Positions 41,458 to 53,574 of a DNA stretch of 64,000 nucleotides are shown here, in pieces. The DNA lies in contig OZ244999.1 in the NCBI GenBank assembly GCA_965223265.1, positions 1,248,001 to 1,312,000 of the forward strand, in the 5' to 3' direction. The notes beneath the pieces were generated by a model. That model ran no database searches and was not told where the DNA came from. It saw only the letters and a program-made list of their open reading frames with translations. The first letter of the stretch is position 1. The number at the start of each line of letters is the position of its first letter. A program made the position numbers and the translations under genes. This DNA comes from Planctomycetota bacterium. GTDB taxonomy: Bacteria; Planctomycetota; UBA8108; SXIK01.

Positions 41458-41870
41458 TCAACTGTGGGGCAACAGAAACACTCTCCGGGCGAGTTCAGAG
41501 CGAAGCCGTTCGTTGGAGTAGTAGCGCTCGAGTACGCCGTTTTCAAACAGGTCTGGATTTGCAGCCGAGAACGCGCCCCACGAATCGCTCGGCCCCGTAT
41601 GTGGGCGTTCGTTGATCAAGGCAGGAACGCCCAAGTCATGGTCTCGTGGTAGAGATTGTTCGCGCCCCTCGACTCTGCGTATCGACGAAGCTTCTCGGGA
41701 AAGTCGACTAAAACTTGCATCAGAGGAGTGTCCCGAAGGTAGAGATACCCAAGCTGAACGTGCTCTTCGTGAGTAAGTTTCGGGTGGGAGCAGTCCTCGA
41801 AGTTTTCGAGCAAATCGAGGTCTTCCGTTGTGGCCGTGGCCTCAGGCGTTCTGTTCGCTTTTCTATCCAT
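41458..41870 (-). pseudogene. Frameshifted conserved hypothetical gene
   Basis: Frame 1 THEEHVQLGYLYL..LYHETMTWAFL stops at 41616; the shifted frame continues ALINER..NPDLFENGVLERYYSNERLRSELARRVFLLPHS to stop at 41458. Confidence 0.7.
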
Positions 41871-42216
41871 TTGGGTTCGTCTTCGGTGTTGCGCGATCGT
41901 GGACGGCACTCCCTGGCCGATCGTTGCCGCGGGAGACGTCGTACCAGGCGTTTGAGATCGATCGACAGTTTCGGATAAGGTCGCGAAATCGCCAAGGCCA
42001 CTCGTCATGGCAGAACCGACGGCGAAGACGCGATATCATGAGCCGACAGGACGCGCGAGAGAATCGATGTGGTTGCCAGCCTCGACCATCTACTTTTTGC
42101 ACGCCCGTTTTTTTCGCACCGAGCGGCGCCGCCCACTTCAGGGGTGGTCAGAGTCAGGCGGATCGCGCTCGCTTCGTTCACGTACTAGTGCCAACACATA
42201 TCGCTGACTTCGTAAC

Positions 42217-45200
42217 ATGAACTATCTCTCCTTGAGTCTCGTTGTTGCCATCAGCTGGCTTGCGCCTGCGGTCGTCGCTGCTCCTCTCCGCGTCGAGCAC
42301 GACGCGTCGGTCGGCGCGATCTACGTTTTTCGCGCCGCGGACGCGATGCCGATCGTCACCCAACATGCGCGTGCCGATTTCCGTCCGTACATTCACCCAC
42401 TCGTCGCGCCGGACGGGAACGGTCTTCTCACCGAGTTTAGCTCCAGCGATCATTCGCGCGGGATAGGGCTGTCTTGCGGATTTGTTGACCTCAACGGTCG
42501 GGACTATTCTCGTCATCCAGGGGGGACGCACTGGCGTCGCGTCTCGGCACAGGTTCTCTCAGGCGCGGGCACCGGATCAGATGAGGCAGCGCGGTGGCGA
42601 ACGGTGTATGAGTTGCTCGGCAAGAACGGTGATCCTTTGCTGATCGAGACGCAGACATGGCAGCTGCGCGAACTCGACGGCGAGTACGTTCTCGATTTCG
42701 AGTGGGTTGGTGAGGCCAAGGTCGATGTGACCATCGGCAGGTCTGATTTCGGGGGTCTCTTCCTGCGAACACCGAGTCGCGACGGAATCGCTGGCGTCGT
42801 GAGCAACGGCGCTCGTCAGCAAGGAGCGCACGTCGACGGGAGTCGAGCGCCTTGGGTGAACGTCGGGATTCAGGTCGACGGTCGACAGGACCTGGCCTAC
42901 ATCGCGATGCTTGACCATCCGCAGAACGAAGGGTTCCCACAGCCGTGGCGCGTCGACGACGCGATGGGAATTGGAGCGGTCGGCGCTCGACTCGGCGACT
43001 GGAAGATCCCGAAGGAAAAACGCGCCGTCATGAGGTACCGGCTGCACGTCTACACCGCCGCGCTGAGCGCAGGGGAACTCCATCGAAGGTGGAGTGACTT
43101 TAGCGGTCGAAAGAGCACATCCTTTCTCTGGAAGATCGCGCAGAAGGAAGCGAAGGCAGCGGAGTTATTAGAGCCCGAAGAAGCTGTCGCTGCGATGACC
43201 GTGAGCGACGAGTTTAGGGTCAACGCGTTCGCGTCCGAACCGATGATCACACAGCCGATGGCCTTCTGTTGGGATGACCGCGGCAGGATTTGGGTCGCGG
43301 AGAACCGAGACTACGAGAGCCGTGGACGTGGTTTCTCGAATTCAGGCGACAGTCGCATCCTGATTCTCGAAGATACCGACCGCGACGGCGTCGCCGACAA
43401 CCGCACAGTCTTCGCAGAAGGGATCCCGTTTCCCGCTGCAATCGCTGTGGGATTCGAAGGCCTTTGGCTCGGGGCGCCACCGAATCTTTTGTATGTTCCC
43501 GATCGCAACCACGACGACGTGGCGGAGATGAACGCAATCGAGGTGCGTCTGACGGGTTGGGGCATTCGTGACCGGCACGAAACGCTCAATAGTTTTCACT
43601 GGGGCCCGGATGGATGGCTCTATGGATGCCAGGGATTCGCCACCCCTTCGAGGGTCGGCAAACCGGCAGGAGAGGGGCGCCTTTTCAAGCACAACGAGCC
43701 ATTCCCGCGGGATATACCTCTCGCTGGCCGTGGTGTCGAGATCAACGGCGGAGTCTGGCGCTATCATCCTACAAAGGACCGCTTCGAGGTCGTGGCCCAC
43801 GGCTTGAGCAACCCGTGGGGAATCGACTATGACGCTAAGGGGCAGCTCTTCGTCACCGCGTGTGTGATTCCGCACCTTTGGCACGTAATCCCGGGAGGCA
43901 TCTATCACCGCCAGGGCGGGCAACACTTTAGCCCGTACGTTTACAGTGACATCCGCACGATCGCCGATCACCGCCACAGATCAGCGCACGGCGGCGCCCG
44001 AATCTACCTCTCCGACGCGTTTCCGGATCGCTATCGCGGTCGGGTTTTCATGGCGAACATCCACGAGCACGCCGTGCTCACCGACATCCTGGAGCCAAGG
44101 GGCTCAGGATTCGTCGCCCGCCACGGCGATAACTTTCTCCTGGCGAACAACGCGCAATGGATCGGCTTTAGCATGGAGATCGGACCAGAGGGTGGGGTGT
44201 ACGTTCTCGACTGGCACGACGCCGACATCTGCGGCAAGGATGTGCACAACAAGAACACCGGGCGCATCTATCGAGTCGTGCCGACCGTGTCGACCGCGAA
44301 GAACTGGAGCGGTCGTTATGGCGATCTTAGAAAGTTGTCGGATCGGCAACTCGTCGAACTTCAAGTCAGCCGGAGTGCATGGCACGCCCGGCGAGCGCGT
44401 GTGATTCTGCAAAGTCGTGCGCTGAGCGGCCGCATCGACGAAGCAGCGCGCGCTGCGCTGCGAGCCATTGCTAGGGACGGCGTGGAGACGGATTGGCGCC
44501 TGCGCGCGATTTGGGCGCTGCATGTCACTGGGGGACTCACTGAGCGCGAAAGCGTAGCAGCCCTCGGCGATGAAGATGAGCATGTGCGTGCCTGGGCGAT
44601 TCAGCTGTCATGTGAGGATCTCGCTCCTTCCACGACAATGCTCGAAGCTTTCAGGGCGATGGCCCGGACTGATGGTTCCGCCGTCGTCCGTCTCTACTTG
44701 GCGGCCGCCCTACAGCGTTTGGAACATGAAAAACGCTGGCCGATCGCGGCTGAGCTTGTCGAGCGCTTCGAAGATGCGAACGACCACAACATTGCGAAGA
44801 TGATCTGGTTCGGAATCGAGCCATTGATCGCCCAGCACCCACAGCGAGCGCTCAGACTCGCGTTGAAGTCGAGAATCCCTCTCATTGCAAGACACATCGC
44901 ACGACGGCTGGCCGATGCGAACGAGTTCGAGGTCGTCGTAGCTGGAATCGGGATGGACTCGGGGCTGCGGCGGGAGCTCCTCCGAGGGTTACGCGATGCG
45001 TTGGAAGGACGTTTCGACGTGGCCGCCCCAACGAACTGGGTCGAGGTGTACCCAAAACTGAAGGACTCGAGCGATGAAAGCGTCGCCGAGATGGCACTGC
45101 AGCTCGCCCAGCAGTTCGGAGACAACGCAGCCGCCGAGGCGCTTCTTGCGACACTCACAGACGAAGACGCTGGCCTCGAAGCTCGCAAGCAAGCGCTTCT

Positions 45201-46038
45201 CACACTTACTAGGAACAAATATGACCAGCTGCGACCGGTGCTTCTCTCGCTTCTCAGCAGCGAGCTACTGCGGCGACCAGCAATCCGCGCCATGGCTGCG
45301 TTCGACGACGAGCAGTTCTCTGCGGCGCTCCTTGAGCGTTACGGTCGGTTCAGCTTCGAGGAGAAGTTGGAGGCGATTCACGCTCTTGCGGCCCGATCGC
45401 GCTCCGGATGGAAACTCACGCAAGCGATCGGGCGGGGGGATGTCCCGCGGCGCGACGTGCCGGCGTACGTTGCCCGGCAGCTTCGCCGGGTCGTTGGCAG
45501 CGGGTTTGTGGAGATCTGGGGTCCTCTCGATGCGCTTCCGGCCGAGACCGAGGCCGCACTGACAAAGTACCGTGCGCTCCTCACAGAAGAGGCCATCACG
45601 CGAGCAGATCCGCGGCGTGGTCGTGCGGTCTTCAAACGGGCGTGTCTTTCGTGCCACAAGTTGTACGGCGAAGGGGGGCGCATCGGTCCGGACATCACCG
45701 GGGCGAACCGGACAGATCTCAACTACCTCCTTGGCAACATTGTCACTCCGAGCGAAGTCATTCAAGACGACTACAGAATGCTGAGCCTCCTGACGAACGA
45801 AGGCCGCCTCTATTCTGGAATCCTCGCTGGCGAGAACGAACGTCAGATCAGTCTCAGGGTCGTGGGCGAAGACGAGCCGCTGCAGATTCCGAAGTCGTCG
45901 ATCGCCTCGCGCGAGGTGGCGAACGTCTCCATGATGCCGCAGGGACTGTTGCTCAATCTGACGGATCGAGAGGTCCTCGATCTGGTCGCATACCTCCAGA
46001 CACCGGCACAAGTACCGCTGCCGGAGGAGACGCGTTAG
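42217..46038 (+). CDS. PVC-type heme-binding CxxCH membrane-bound dehydrogenase with N-terminal PmoA-like (DUF6807) domain
   Basis: RPYIHPL..GGLFLR..LDHPQN N-domain; FASEPMITQPMAFCWDDRGRIWVAE, WGPDGWLYG, NPWG propeller; HEAT repeats; CLSCH and VSMMPQGLL. Confidence 0.9.
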   Translation: MNYLSLSLVVAISWLAPAVVAAPLRVEHDASVGAIYVFRAADAMPIVTQHARADFRPYIHPLVAPDGNGLLTEFSSSDHSRGIGLSCGFVDLNGRDYSRHPGGTHWRRVSAQVLSGAGTGSDEAARWRTVYELLGKNGDPLLIETQTWQLRELDGEYVLDFEWVGEAKVDVTIGRSDFGGLFLRTPSRDGIAGVVSNGARQQGAHVDGSRAPWVNVGIQVDGRQDLAYIAMLDHPQNEGFPQPWRVDDAMGIGAVGARLGDWKIPKEKRAVMRYRLHVYTAALSAGELHRRWSDFSGRKSTSFLWKIAQKEAKAAELLEPEEAVAAMTVSDEFRVNAFASEPMITQPMAFCWDDRGRIWVAENRDYESRGRGFSNSGDSRILILEDTDRDGVADNRTVFAEGIPFPAAIAVGFEGLWLGAPPNLLYVPDRNHDDVAEMNAIEVRLTGWGIRDRHETLNSFHWGPDGWLYGCQGFATPSRVGKPAGEGRLFKHNEPFPRDIPLAGRGVEINGGVWRYHPTKDRFEVVAHGLSNPWGIDYDAKGQLFVTACVIPHLWHVIPGGIYHRQGGQHFSPYVYSDIRTIADHRHRSAHGGARIYLSDAFPDRYRGRVFMANIHEHAVLTDILEPRGSGFVARHGDNFLLANNAQWIGFSMEIGPEGGVYVLDWHDADICGKDVHNKNTGRIYRVVPTVSTAKNWSGRYGDLRKLSDRQLVELQVSRSAWHARRARVILQSRALSGRIDEAARAALRAIARDGVETDWRLRAIWALHVTGGLTERESVAALGDEDEHVRAWAIQLSCEDLAPSTTMLEAFRAMARTDGSAVVRLYLAAALQRLEHEKRWPIAAELVERFEDANDHNIAKMIWFGIEPLIAQHPQRALRLALKSRIPLIARHIARRLADANEFEVVVAGIGMDSGLRRELLRGLRDALEGRFDVAAPTNWVEVYPKLKDSSDESVAEMALQLAQQFGDNAAAEALLATLTDEDAGLEARKQALLTLTRNKYDQLRPVLLSLLSSELLRRPAIRAMAAFDDEQFSAALLERYGRFSFEEKLEAIHALAARSRSGWKLTQAIGRGDVPRRDVPAYVARQLRRVVGSGFVEIWGPLDALPAETEAALTKYRALLTEEAITRADPRRGRAVFKRACLSCHKLYGEGGRIGPDITGANRTDLNYLLGNIVTPSEVIQDDYRMLSLLTNEGRLYSGILAGENERQISLRVVGEDEPLQIPKSSIASREVANVSMMPQGLLLNLTDREVLDLVAYLQTPAQVPLPEETR

Positions 46039-46312
46039 ATCGTTCATCGAAGACCGAGACTTGTTCGTTTTTCGATGTGGCGGCGCTGAGCGCGCGGTCC
46101 AGAGAGCGACCGCCAAGGCGGCTCGTTCCTTTTACCTCCCAACTATGGAAGGTGGGGCCACGCTGCGGCGATGCAGAGATTCCTCCAAATTGACTCATGA
46201 GTTGAGACGAGCGCTGTTAAGCAGCTGCGTGCATCGCCTGTGGTGCCTTGCGTGGCGCCTGGCGGGCGTCCATACTGAGAGCTTTGTGCGGCAGAACCTT
46301 AGGAGGTAGTTC

Positions 46313-46570
46313 ATGGCTCAGGATGGGGAAAAGAGTTCCCTCAAAGAGAAAATCGGTGTGCTCGTGTTCGCGCTTGTCTTCATCGGACTCGGAGTGTTCG
46401 CCATCATCGATCCGTCGGCAATGGAAGGAGCCGAGGCCGGCGGTCGCCGCGCCTGGCTGAAGCAGCTGGTCGTGAGCGTGTGGGGGCGGCCGTTTGGCAT
46501 CGTCGCTACGGTGCTGGGGCTTCTGCTGATCGTCGGTGCATTTCGCGGCAAAAGTGACGAGAATGAGTGA
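46313..46570 (+). CDS. Small two-TM membrane protein
   Basis: SD aggagg, ATG, two hydrophobic segments. Confidence 0.7.
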   Translation: MAQDGEKSSLKEKIGVLVFALVFIGLGVFAIIDPSAMEGAEAGGRRAWLKQLVVSVWGRPFGIVATVLGLLLIVGAFRGKSDENE

Positions 46571-46607
46571 CCCGATCGCCAGGCCTTCGCGTTCGTCGTG
46601 CTCGTGA

Positions 46608-48032
46608 TTACGCTCCGCTGGGGCGTGTGTAGTTCTCTGTGTAGAGACTGCCGGCGATGTAGGAGTGCAGAGGCGGACGAATGACGAGATCTTTCTTATA
46701 ACCCCAGCGGTCGTCCGGTTTGAGCTCACCCACTCGCATGACGTTGTAGAGCGTGAAGATCGTCCCATCGTCCAGCTCGACTGAGCTCGGATATCCGACG
46801 AGTCCGGGCAGCGTGTCGTCGCAGATCACGATTTCGCGATCGACGTCCCACGTCTCTCCATCGTCACGGCTGAGAACCCCTCGGTAGCCAGACGGATAGC
46901 CGGCGTGGCGATAGACGCAGAGAATGTTGCCGCTCCGAAGGCGGAGCAAATTCGCTGGGCTTCCCCCGATGGGCGTTGGTTTCGCTGCAGCCCAAGTGCG
47001 GCCGTTGTCGTCGGAGTGGCTTTGATAGAGGTGGGGTTTGCCACCGCCGCGGATCAGCGCCAAGATGCGACCGCTCGGTAGGACGAGTAGATCGGTCTCG
47101 TTGTAGTAGATCTTTTCGGTTTCGTCGTGAGCTAGCGTGCTCAGCTCCCACGTCCTGCCCTGATCCGTTGAGCGAATCGCGTAGGCGCTATCGTGACCCG
47201 ATCGACCGAAACGGGGGTTTCGCCGGATCGTGCCGTAGAGAACTCCCAGGACCGTACCGTCTGCCAGCACAACGCCACGTCGAAACCAACCGGAGTAGCG
47301 GGAGAAGGTCGGGAAGCCATCGATTGGCCGCTCCTCCCACGTGCGCCCTCCGTCACGGGAGATGGTGACGCCTGGTTGCCGATCGTGCGTCGCCACCACG
47401 CCTTCCGGAAGCCACGGACCTTTGTGGTCGAAAACGTAGATCCCTTCCTCCTTCAATCGGTCGGCGTGCGATGCAGGCCAGAGATCCCAGCCAAACGTGC
47501 TGTCTGCATGCCAAAGGTGTCCGAGTCCAAGCTCTTCGAGTCGCTTTCGCTGCTCGTCTCGCGTCGGCACCATCTCGACGACGTTGATCAGGGTCCCGTC
47601 AGAAAGCTCGACCGGCCACCCATTGGTACAGTGCGCGCTACGCTCCGACCAGCGCGGATCGAGAGGAAGCTCGTCGAGCTTGACACGCTCCCACGACTTG
47701 CCGGAATTCTTCGAGGAAAGGAAGATCCATTCAGCATGCGCCGAATAAAAGTCGTCGGTCATCGCGTCTTCACGCTGCGCCTGGAAGCCGACGACGAGCT
47801 CGCCGCTCTTACGTTTGAGCACCGGAAGCCCGAAACTCGTCGAGCTCCAGCCGGGACGGTCGTAGATGGTGACGTCGAGTTTCCACGACGACGGTGATCG
47901 CACCGCGCCAGTTGGACGCGAAGAGGAAGCCGCCGGGCTCGCCGCAGCGACTCCGGCGGCCGTCATGGTTGCCAAGAATTCTCGTCGGCCTAGACCGCTC
48001 TTCGATCGTGTGGCCGGCTTGTCTGTCGACAT
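46608..48032 (-). CDS. Tat-exported sialidase-family (BNR) protein
   Basis: GRREFL; Asp-boxes SRDGGRTW, STDQGRTW, SDDNGRTW, SRDDGETW; GYPSSVEL. Confidence 0.85.
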   Translation of the reverse strand: MSTDKPATRSKSGLGRREFLATMTAAGVAAASPAASSSRPTGAVRSPSSWKLDVTIYDRPGWSSTSFGLPVLKRKSGELVVGFQAQREDAMTDDFYSAHAEWIFLSSKNSGKSWERVKLDELPLDPRWSERSAHCTNGWPVELSDGTLINVVEMVPTRDEQRKRLEELGLGHLWHADSTFGWDLWPASHADRLKEEGIYVFDHKGPWLPEGVVATHDRQPGVTISRDGGRTWEERPIDGFPTFSRYSGWFRRGVVLADGTVLGVLYGTIRRNPRFGRSGHDSAYAIRSTDQGRTWELSTLAHDETEKIYYNETDLLVLPSGRILALIRGGGKPHLYQSHSDDNGRTWAAAKPTPIGGSPANLLRLRSGNILCVYRHAGYPSGYRGVLSRDDGETWDVDREIVICDDTLPGLVGYPSSVELDDGTIFTLYNVMRVGELKPDDRWGYKKDLVIRPPLHSYIAGSLYTENYTRPSGA

Positions 48033-48092
48033 AAGAGAGGCCCTAAAAGATCGGGCGTGGATCGGATAGGAGGCTCACGAGGCGCAGCAGAA

Positions 48093-48599
48093 TCAACGCC
48101 CCGGCGGCGGAGCGACCAGGACGGCGGCTTGGCCATCATCGAACTTCCCTTCCAGTGCGTTTTCGAAGACACTGCTGCCCTTTTTCTTGCGCAAGTAGAG
48201 AACGTACACCGATCCTTTTGTCAGGTGCAATCTCGATGGACCGTTCGCTACAGCTTTGACGCGTTTGGTGTCCAAAGCAGAATAGTGAAACTCGATTTGC
48301 TTGAGTTCTTCGCCCTTGATCGCGTGCTTGACGGAGAGCGTTGCCTCGTAGGTCACCACGGGGAGTGGCGCATTTCCTGGCAGTTGAATCTGTCCTCTGC
48401 GCTTGGTCCTTCGGACCGACGTCGGTGATGCGAGAACGACCACATCCGACCGTTCACACAGCTCGGCCGGCGTCCACCAACGCACCGGGCGAGCCTCTGC
48501 AACGCAAAGAAGAGATAGGAACGCGACACCAAGTAAAAGCGACACGATCAACGCTCGTGAAAGCACTCTTGAAAACAGACGTGAGAACAGTGCGGACAT
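48093..48599 (-). CDS. Exported hypothetical protein
   Basis: SD gaggt, signal peptide ending AEA; basic beta-rich domain. Confidence 0.65.
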   Translation of the reverse strand: MSALFSRLFSRVLSRALIVSLLLGVAFLSLLCVAEARPVRWWTPAELCERSDVVVLASPTSVRRTKRRGQIQLPGNAPLPVVTYEATLSVKHAIKGEELKQIEFHYSALDTKRVKAVANGPSRLHLTKGSVYVLYLRKKKGSSVFENALEGKFDDGQAAVLVAPPPGR

Positions 48600-48780
48600 C
48601 CTTCACCTCTTTCTGAGTCGGTAGCCTTCAGGTCAGACCACTTGACGACGCTTCGAAGGTAGCCGCTGGAGTTATCTAGTGATACCGAATTATTCTGCCG
48701 TAGGTGCCACCACGGGAAGCGCTTTGCTGCATGCCGGCCTTCTGCAGAAAACAGAGGGAGTCGGATGTGGAGTCACGAGG

Positions 48781-48960
48781 CTACTCCGTCTTCAACAATT
48801 CTTTTAACGACGGTGCAGCACGCGGACCTCCTAGAGTTCCAAGCTCGCGTGCGACGACCTTTCCATCCGGGCCGACGAGGATCGACGTTGACAGAGAGGA
48901 GATTCATATTTTGTGGGCGAGTTCGCTACGTTCTCCGAGTGCGGCCACGACGAGCGCTGC
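48781..48960 (-). pseudogene. Possible decayed TlpA/redoxin C-terminal fragment
   Basis: ISSLSTSILVGPDGKVVARELG..LKELLKTE preceded by an in-frame TGA; no CxxC recovered. Confidence 0.35.
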
Positions 48961-49168
48961 GTGGGCGGCTTCTTGCAGCTCTGGGGTGAACTTTCTGCAT
49001 AAGTGGGCTCCGGCGCCAACGAATAGAGGGCGCCGTTTCGCGGCTACGGGCACACCAATTTCACCGCTGCCGCAGCCTGTCACCTGTTGAAATGGGGCTG
49101 GCCATCAAGACGAGCAGGGAGCGACCACGAGCGGGGGCCGCCGCTGCCAACGTCCGCCCCAGACCGTG

Positions 49169-50626
49169 CTATGTGAAAAGCTCGGTCACCGCCCGCGCGT
49201 CCTCGACTCCCGTCAGTCGTTGGTCAAGGCCTTGGAACGGGTACGTGAACCGCTTGTGGTCGATGCCGAGCGAGTGGAGGATCGTCGCGTTGAGGTCGTT
49301 TACGTGTACAGGGTCTTCGACGACGTTATATCCGTAGTCATCTGTGGCGCCGTATTCGGATCCGCCGCGGATGCCCCCGCCTGCGAGCCACACGCTGAAA
49401 CATCGCCCGTGGTGATCTCGGCCGTAGCTGTCATCCCTCAGCGCCCCCTGGCAGTACACGGTGCGACCGAACTCTCCACCCCAAACGACCAGAGTCTCGT
49501 CGAGGAGCCCGCGCGCCTTGAGATCTTGGAGGAGCGCGGCCGACGGTTGGTCGACGTCCTGGCACTGACGCCGGATGCCTCGCGGTAAACCTCCGTGTTG
49601 GTCCCAGCCGCGGTGGAAGAGCTGGATGCACCGAACACCGCGCTCGGCCATACGTCGCGCGATGAGGCAGTTCGCGGCGAACGTACCTGGTTGGCGTGCG
49701 TCCGGTCCGTACATTTCAAACGTGCGCTCGCTCTCTTGTGAAAGATCGAGAAGCTCGGGTACCGAAACCTGCATGCGAAACGCTAATTCGTATTGCGCGA
49801 TACGAGTGTGAATCTCTGGATCTCCAGACTCCGCGGCTTTGATGCGGTTCAGCGCTTGCTGCCCGTCGAGCAGGCGGCGCCGCGCCTGCCGCTCAATGCC
49901 GGGAGGATTCGAAAGGTAGAGAACGGGATCCTTGCCGCTGCGGAAGCGAACGCCTTGGTGGCGCGTCGGCAGAAACCCGCTTCCCCACAGGCGAGCGAAA
50001 ACCGGTTGATTGATTCCCGCGCGGCCGCGCGAAATCAACACTACGTATGCGGGCAGATCTTCGTTGTCCGTGCCGAGACCGTAGCTGAGCCACGCTCCCA
50101 AACTCGGTTTGCCGAGCTGCTGCGAGCCGGTGTTCATGAAGGTCAGGGCAGGATCGTGGTTGATCGCCTCGGTGTGGACCGAGTTCACGATCGCTAACTC
50201 GTCTGCGACTCTTCCCAAATGCGGCAAGAGTTCGCTCAGCCACAGCCCTGACGCACCGCAGCGCTTGAACTGAAACGCGGGCGCGACACAGGGGAAACTC
50301 TTCTGGCTTGCCGTCATCAAAGTGAGTCGCTGGCCGCGGCGGACGGAGTCGGGCAACTCGGACTTGTGTCGCTGACGCAGCTGTGGTTTGTAGTCGAGCA
50401 ACTCCAAGTGGGAGGGGCCGCCCGATTGAAACAAGTAGATCACCCGTTTTGCCCGCGGCGCGAAGTGTGGCAGACTCTGCGAGGCACCGCCTTTGGTCTC
50501 CCGCGGCGCAGCGACCGCGTCTCGCCTTAGGAGCGAAGCCAAAGCCGCAGCACCTAACCCACCGGCGGTGCGCCCGAGAAGATGGCGGCGCGTGAGAAAC
50601 ATCGTCTGCTGCTCGAGCGGATGCAC
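49169..50626 (-). CDS. DUF1501 domain protein
   Basis: TRRHLL; [34 protein letters not shown]; GTG start abuts the upstream stop. Confidence 0.92.
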   Translation of the reverse strand: MHPLEQQTMFLTRRHLLGRTAGGLGAAALASLLRRDAVAAPRETKGGASQSLPHFAPRAKRVIYLFQSGGPSHLELLDYKPQLRQRHKSELPDSVRRGQRLTLMTASQKSFPCVAPAFQFKRCGASGLWLSELLPHLGRVADELAIVNSVHTEAINHDPALTFMNTGSQQLGKPSLGAWLSYGLGTDNEDLPAYVVLISRGRAGINQPVFARLWGSGFLPTRHQGVRFRSGKDPVLYLSNPPGIERQARRRLLDGQQALNRIKAAESGDPEIHTRIAQYELAFRMQVSVPELLDLSQESERTFEMYGPDARQPGTFAANCLIARRMAERGVRCIQLFHRGWDQHGGLPRGIRRQCQDVDQPSAALLQDLKARGLLDETLVVWGGEFGRTVYCQGALRDDSYGRDHHGRCFSVWLAGGGIRGGSEYGATDDYGYNVVEDPVHVNDLNATILHSLGIDHKRFTYPFQGLDQRLTGVEDARAVTELFT

Positions 50627-50628
50627 AC

Positions 50629-53574
50629 TCACTCCTTGGTGATGGTTTCGTCGAGGTTCAGAAGCATGTTCGCGACCGTCGTCCATGCAGCGTACTCGGC
50701 CGACTCGAGCTCCACTGAGCTCTTCCACTCGCCGACCGCGAGGAGGTCGCGTGCGGCTTGGACATCCTGCGCATAGAGGCGGCGCTGCTGCTGGTACACG
50801 TCAACGAGCACGGCGAGCTCGTGTGGGCGGGCGGGGCGCGAGGTCGCCAGGGCGAATCCAAGCGCCGCTCGCGCCTCGGGAGTTTCACCGCCTCGTGTAA
50901 TCATGCGCACCGCGAGTGCACGAGACGCTTCGATGTACGTCGGGTCGTTCATGAGCACGAGCGCCATGAGCGGCGTGTTGGTTCGCTGGCGCCGCACGGT
51001 GCAGGTCTCGCGATTCGGTGCATCGAAGATGACCATGTTCGGAGGCGGAACGGATCGCTTCCAGTACGTGTAGAGGCTGCGGCGGTACAGGTTGTCGCCG
51101 CGATCTTGCCGGTAGGCGCGTGTCGCCGACTCGAACCAGAGATCTGCCGGCTGGTAGGGGCGGACACTCGGCCCGCCCAAACGCTCGACCAGGAGGCCGC
51201 TGATCGCCAGAGCCTGATCTCGAATTGTCTCCGCCGGTAAGCGGAAACGCGGTCCGCGGGCGAGCTGGCGGTTGTCCGGATCGGCGTTCCAACCCTGGCT
51301 GGTGGTGCGCGAGGATTGGCGATAAGTCGATGACATGACGATGGTCTTGACGAGTCGCTTAACGTCCCATCCGTTATCGATGAATTCAGACGCCAACCAA
51401 TCGAGGAGAAGCGGATGCGACGGCCTCTCGCCTTGGATACCGAAGTCATCCGGAGTCGCGACGATGCCGACGCCAAAAAACATCTGCCAGTAACGGTTGA
51501 CGATGACCCGGCTCGTCAGAGGGTGATCCGGGTGCACGAGCCACTGCGCCAGCCCCAAACGATTCGCTGCCGCACCGGTCGGCAACGGCGGTAGCACGGA
51601 AGGTGGGCGGCGCTCGACTTCTTCGAGTGGTTGGTCATACTGGCCGCGGTCGAGAACGAACGTCTGGCGTGGAGTCTCCATCTCCTTCATGACCATGACA
51701 GTACGCATCGTTCGCCTGCGAAACGTACTCGTTCGCTCGCGCACTTCGTCGAGGGTCTTCACGAGATCGCGGTAAGCGGCGTCATGGTGGCTGAGGTAAT
51801 AACTCCGCAGCGCTTCGTACTCACGCTTCGTGCGTTCGTTGACATTCGTTGCGAGCAAGTCCACCAGCGGCTGCGCGAGCGCCTTCACCTCGTGCGGCGA
51901 CAAACGTCGCGAGTAGAGTCGCACGTCATCGAGCTTGCCGGTGAATCCACCACCGCGCTCTTGGCCGCCGACGAGGAGCGGTCGGGTAGCAGCGGTCGCG
52001 ACAGACCGCGTCAGTTGATCGTGTGACGCACTCGTCTCTTGGAGCGTCGCGTCAATGTAGACCTTGATGCCTTCTGCTTTCTGTGCCCCGTCGTAAGTGA
52101 CGGTCACGTGATGCCACCCGCCACCGTCGATCTTTGCAGTCGTCGTCAGTCTGATCGCGTTCTCCGGCCACCTGTGGACGAGTCGAACGACAACCTTGCC
52201 ACCCGAAAGCGCCACGTCCCAGCCGCGGCGCAAGGTGGACGGATCCATCCGTGAGATCAGCGGTCCGCCGCTGTCCGAGTTGTACCATGCGGCGAACGAG
52301 AACGGCGCGGTGCCGTCGAGCAGGATCGCGTCGCCGAGGTCGACGGAGCTCTGACCGTCAAGCTCGAGTGCACCGCTTAGCTTGCCGGTGGTCCACTCGG
52401 GTTTGGTCTCGGCGTCTGGAGTACGGACGAGACCTTCTTGGGATTCGTCGTTGCGAGCGCGGTCATTTCGATCGCCACCGCCTTGTTGTTCGCCGCCGCG
52501 GAGAATTGAGACTGCGTGTCCGCTGGTCCCATCGAGCGGAAGATAAAGCGCAAGACCAGACTTCGGCGCCGCCGGGCATGGATCGGAGAGAGGGCGCGAG
52601 CGGAGATCGACTTCCCAGCGCTCAAACGCGTCTTCGGTTTCCGCCGCGCGTCGCTTCAAGCGACTCTCGAGCTCGATGATCTCGTCGGAATACGCCGCGA
52701 GTTGCTGTTGGTCTTCCGGGGCGACGAACGATATGAGTGGTTCGAGATTCCCCGAAAGACTCCCCATGATTGCGGGATCGTCGACGTTGTTGAAGAAGGC
52801 GTAGAATTCGTAGAACTCTCGCTGCGAGATCGGATCATATTTGTGATCGTGACACTGCGCGCAGCCGATCGTCAGACCGAGCCAGACGGTCGCCGTCGTG
52901 TTGACGCGATCGAGATCGTACTCGACGCGGTACTCCGCCGGAATTCCCGAGCTCGTGACTCCGTGAAGACGGTTGAAGCCCGTGGCAACGCGCTGTTGCG
53001 TAGTGGCGCCGGGGAGTAGATCGCCCGCGAGCTGTTCGATCGTGAATTGATCAAACGGCATGCCCGCATTGATGGCGTCGATGACCCATTCCCGCCACGG
53101 CCACATGTCGCGGTGGTAGTCCTCGTGGTATCCGAACGTGTCGGCGTACCGCGCGGCGTCGAGCCAATCGAGAGCCATGCGCTCGCCAAACCGCGGCGAG
53201 GCGATCAATCGATCGACTACCTTTTCGTAGGCGTCAGCGCTACCGTCGGCCAAAAAAAAGTCGATCTCCTCGGGCGTCGGCGGCAAGCCTGTGAGATCCA
53301 ACGAAACGCGACGCAGGAGTGTGCGCCGGTCGGCGGGCGGCGAGGGTGTTTGTCCCGCCGCTTCCAAGCGCGCCAGGACGAAATGATCAAGAGATCCGCG
53401 TGGCCACGCTTGATCGTGCACTACCGGCGGTGCGTGTGGTCGAGGCGCGACGAACGCCCAATGGTCCGCGAAAACGACTGACGCGAGCGTCACCAGCAAA
53501 CAGGTTGAGACAAAACCGCTGCGGGCGAGGTGGCGGAGCGGTGGTCGCTGAAGAAAAAAAAAGAAACGGTGCAT
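50629..53574 (-). CDS. DUF1549 + LamG-like + DUF1553 (PSD1) protein
   Basis: [36 protein letters not shown], LamG ([19 protein letters not shown]), [26 protein letters not shown]; ATG 53574. Confidence 0.9.
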   Translation of the reverse strand: MHRFFFFLQRPPLRHLARSGFVSTCLLVTLASVVFADHWAFVAPRPHAPPVVHDQAWPRGSLDHFVLARLEAAGQTPSPPADRRTLLRRVSLDLTGLPPTPEEIDFFLADGSADAYEKVVDRLIASPRFGERMALDWLDAARYADTFGYHEDYHRDMWPWREWVIDAINAGMPFDQFTIEQLAGDLLPGATTQQRVATGFNRLHGVTSSGIPAEYRVEYDLDRVNTTATVWLGLTIGCAQCHDHKYDPISQREFYEFYAFFNNVDDPAIMGSLSGNLEPLISFVAPEDQQQLAAYSDEIIELESRLKRRAAETEDAFERWEVDLRSRPLSDPCPAAPKSGLALYLPLDGTSGHAVSILRGGEQQGGGDRNDRARNDESQEGLVRTPDAETKPEWTTGKLSGALELDGQSSVDLGDAILLDGTAPFSFAAWYNSDSGGPLISRMDPSTLRRGWDVALSGGKVVVRLVHRWPENAIRLTTTAKIDGGGWHHVTVTYDGAQKAEGIKVYIDATLQETSASHDQLTRSVATAATRPLLVGGQERGGGFTGKLDDVRLYSRRLSPHEVKALAQPLVDLLATNVNERTKREYEALRSYYLSHHDAAYRDLVKTLDEVRERTSTFRRRTMRTVMVMKEMETPRQTFVLDRGQYDQPLEEVERRPPSVLPPLPTGAAANRLGLAQWLVHPDHPLTSRVIVNRYWQMFFGVGIVATPDDFGIQGERPSHPLLLDWLASEFIDNGWDVKRLVKTIVMSSTYRQSSRTTSQGWNADPDNRQLARGPRFRLPAETIRDQALAISGLLVERLGGPSVRPYQPADLWFESATRAYRQDRGDNLYRRSLYTYWKRSVPPPNMVIFDAPNRETCTVRRQRTNTPLMALVLMNDPTYIEASRALAVRMITRGGETPEARAALGFALATSRPARPHELAVLVDVYQQQRRLYAQDVQAARDLLAVGEWKSSVELESAEYAAWTTVANMLLNLDETITKE

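Noticed and set aside
42217-43100. Methane monooxygenase subunit
   Set aside because: The PmoA-like label applies to a soluble beta-rich domain common in PVC bacteria; no TM helices and no pmoCB genes.
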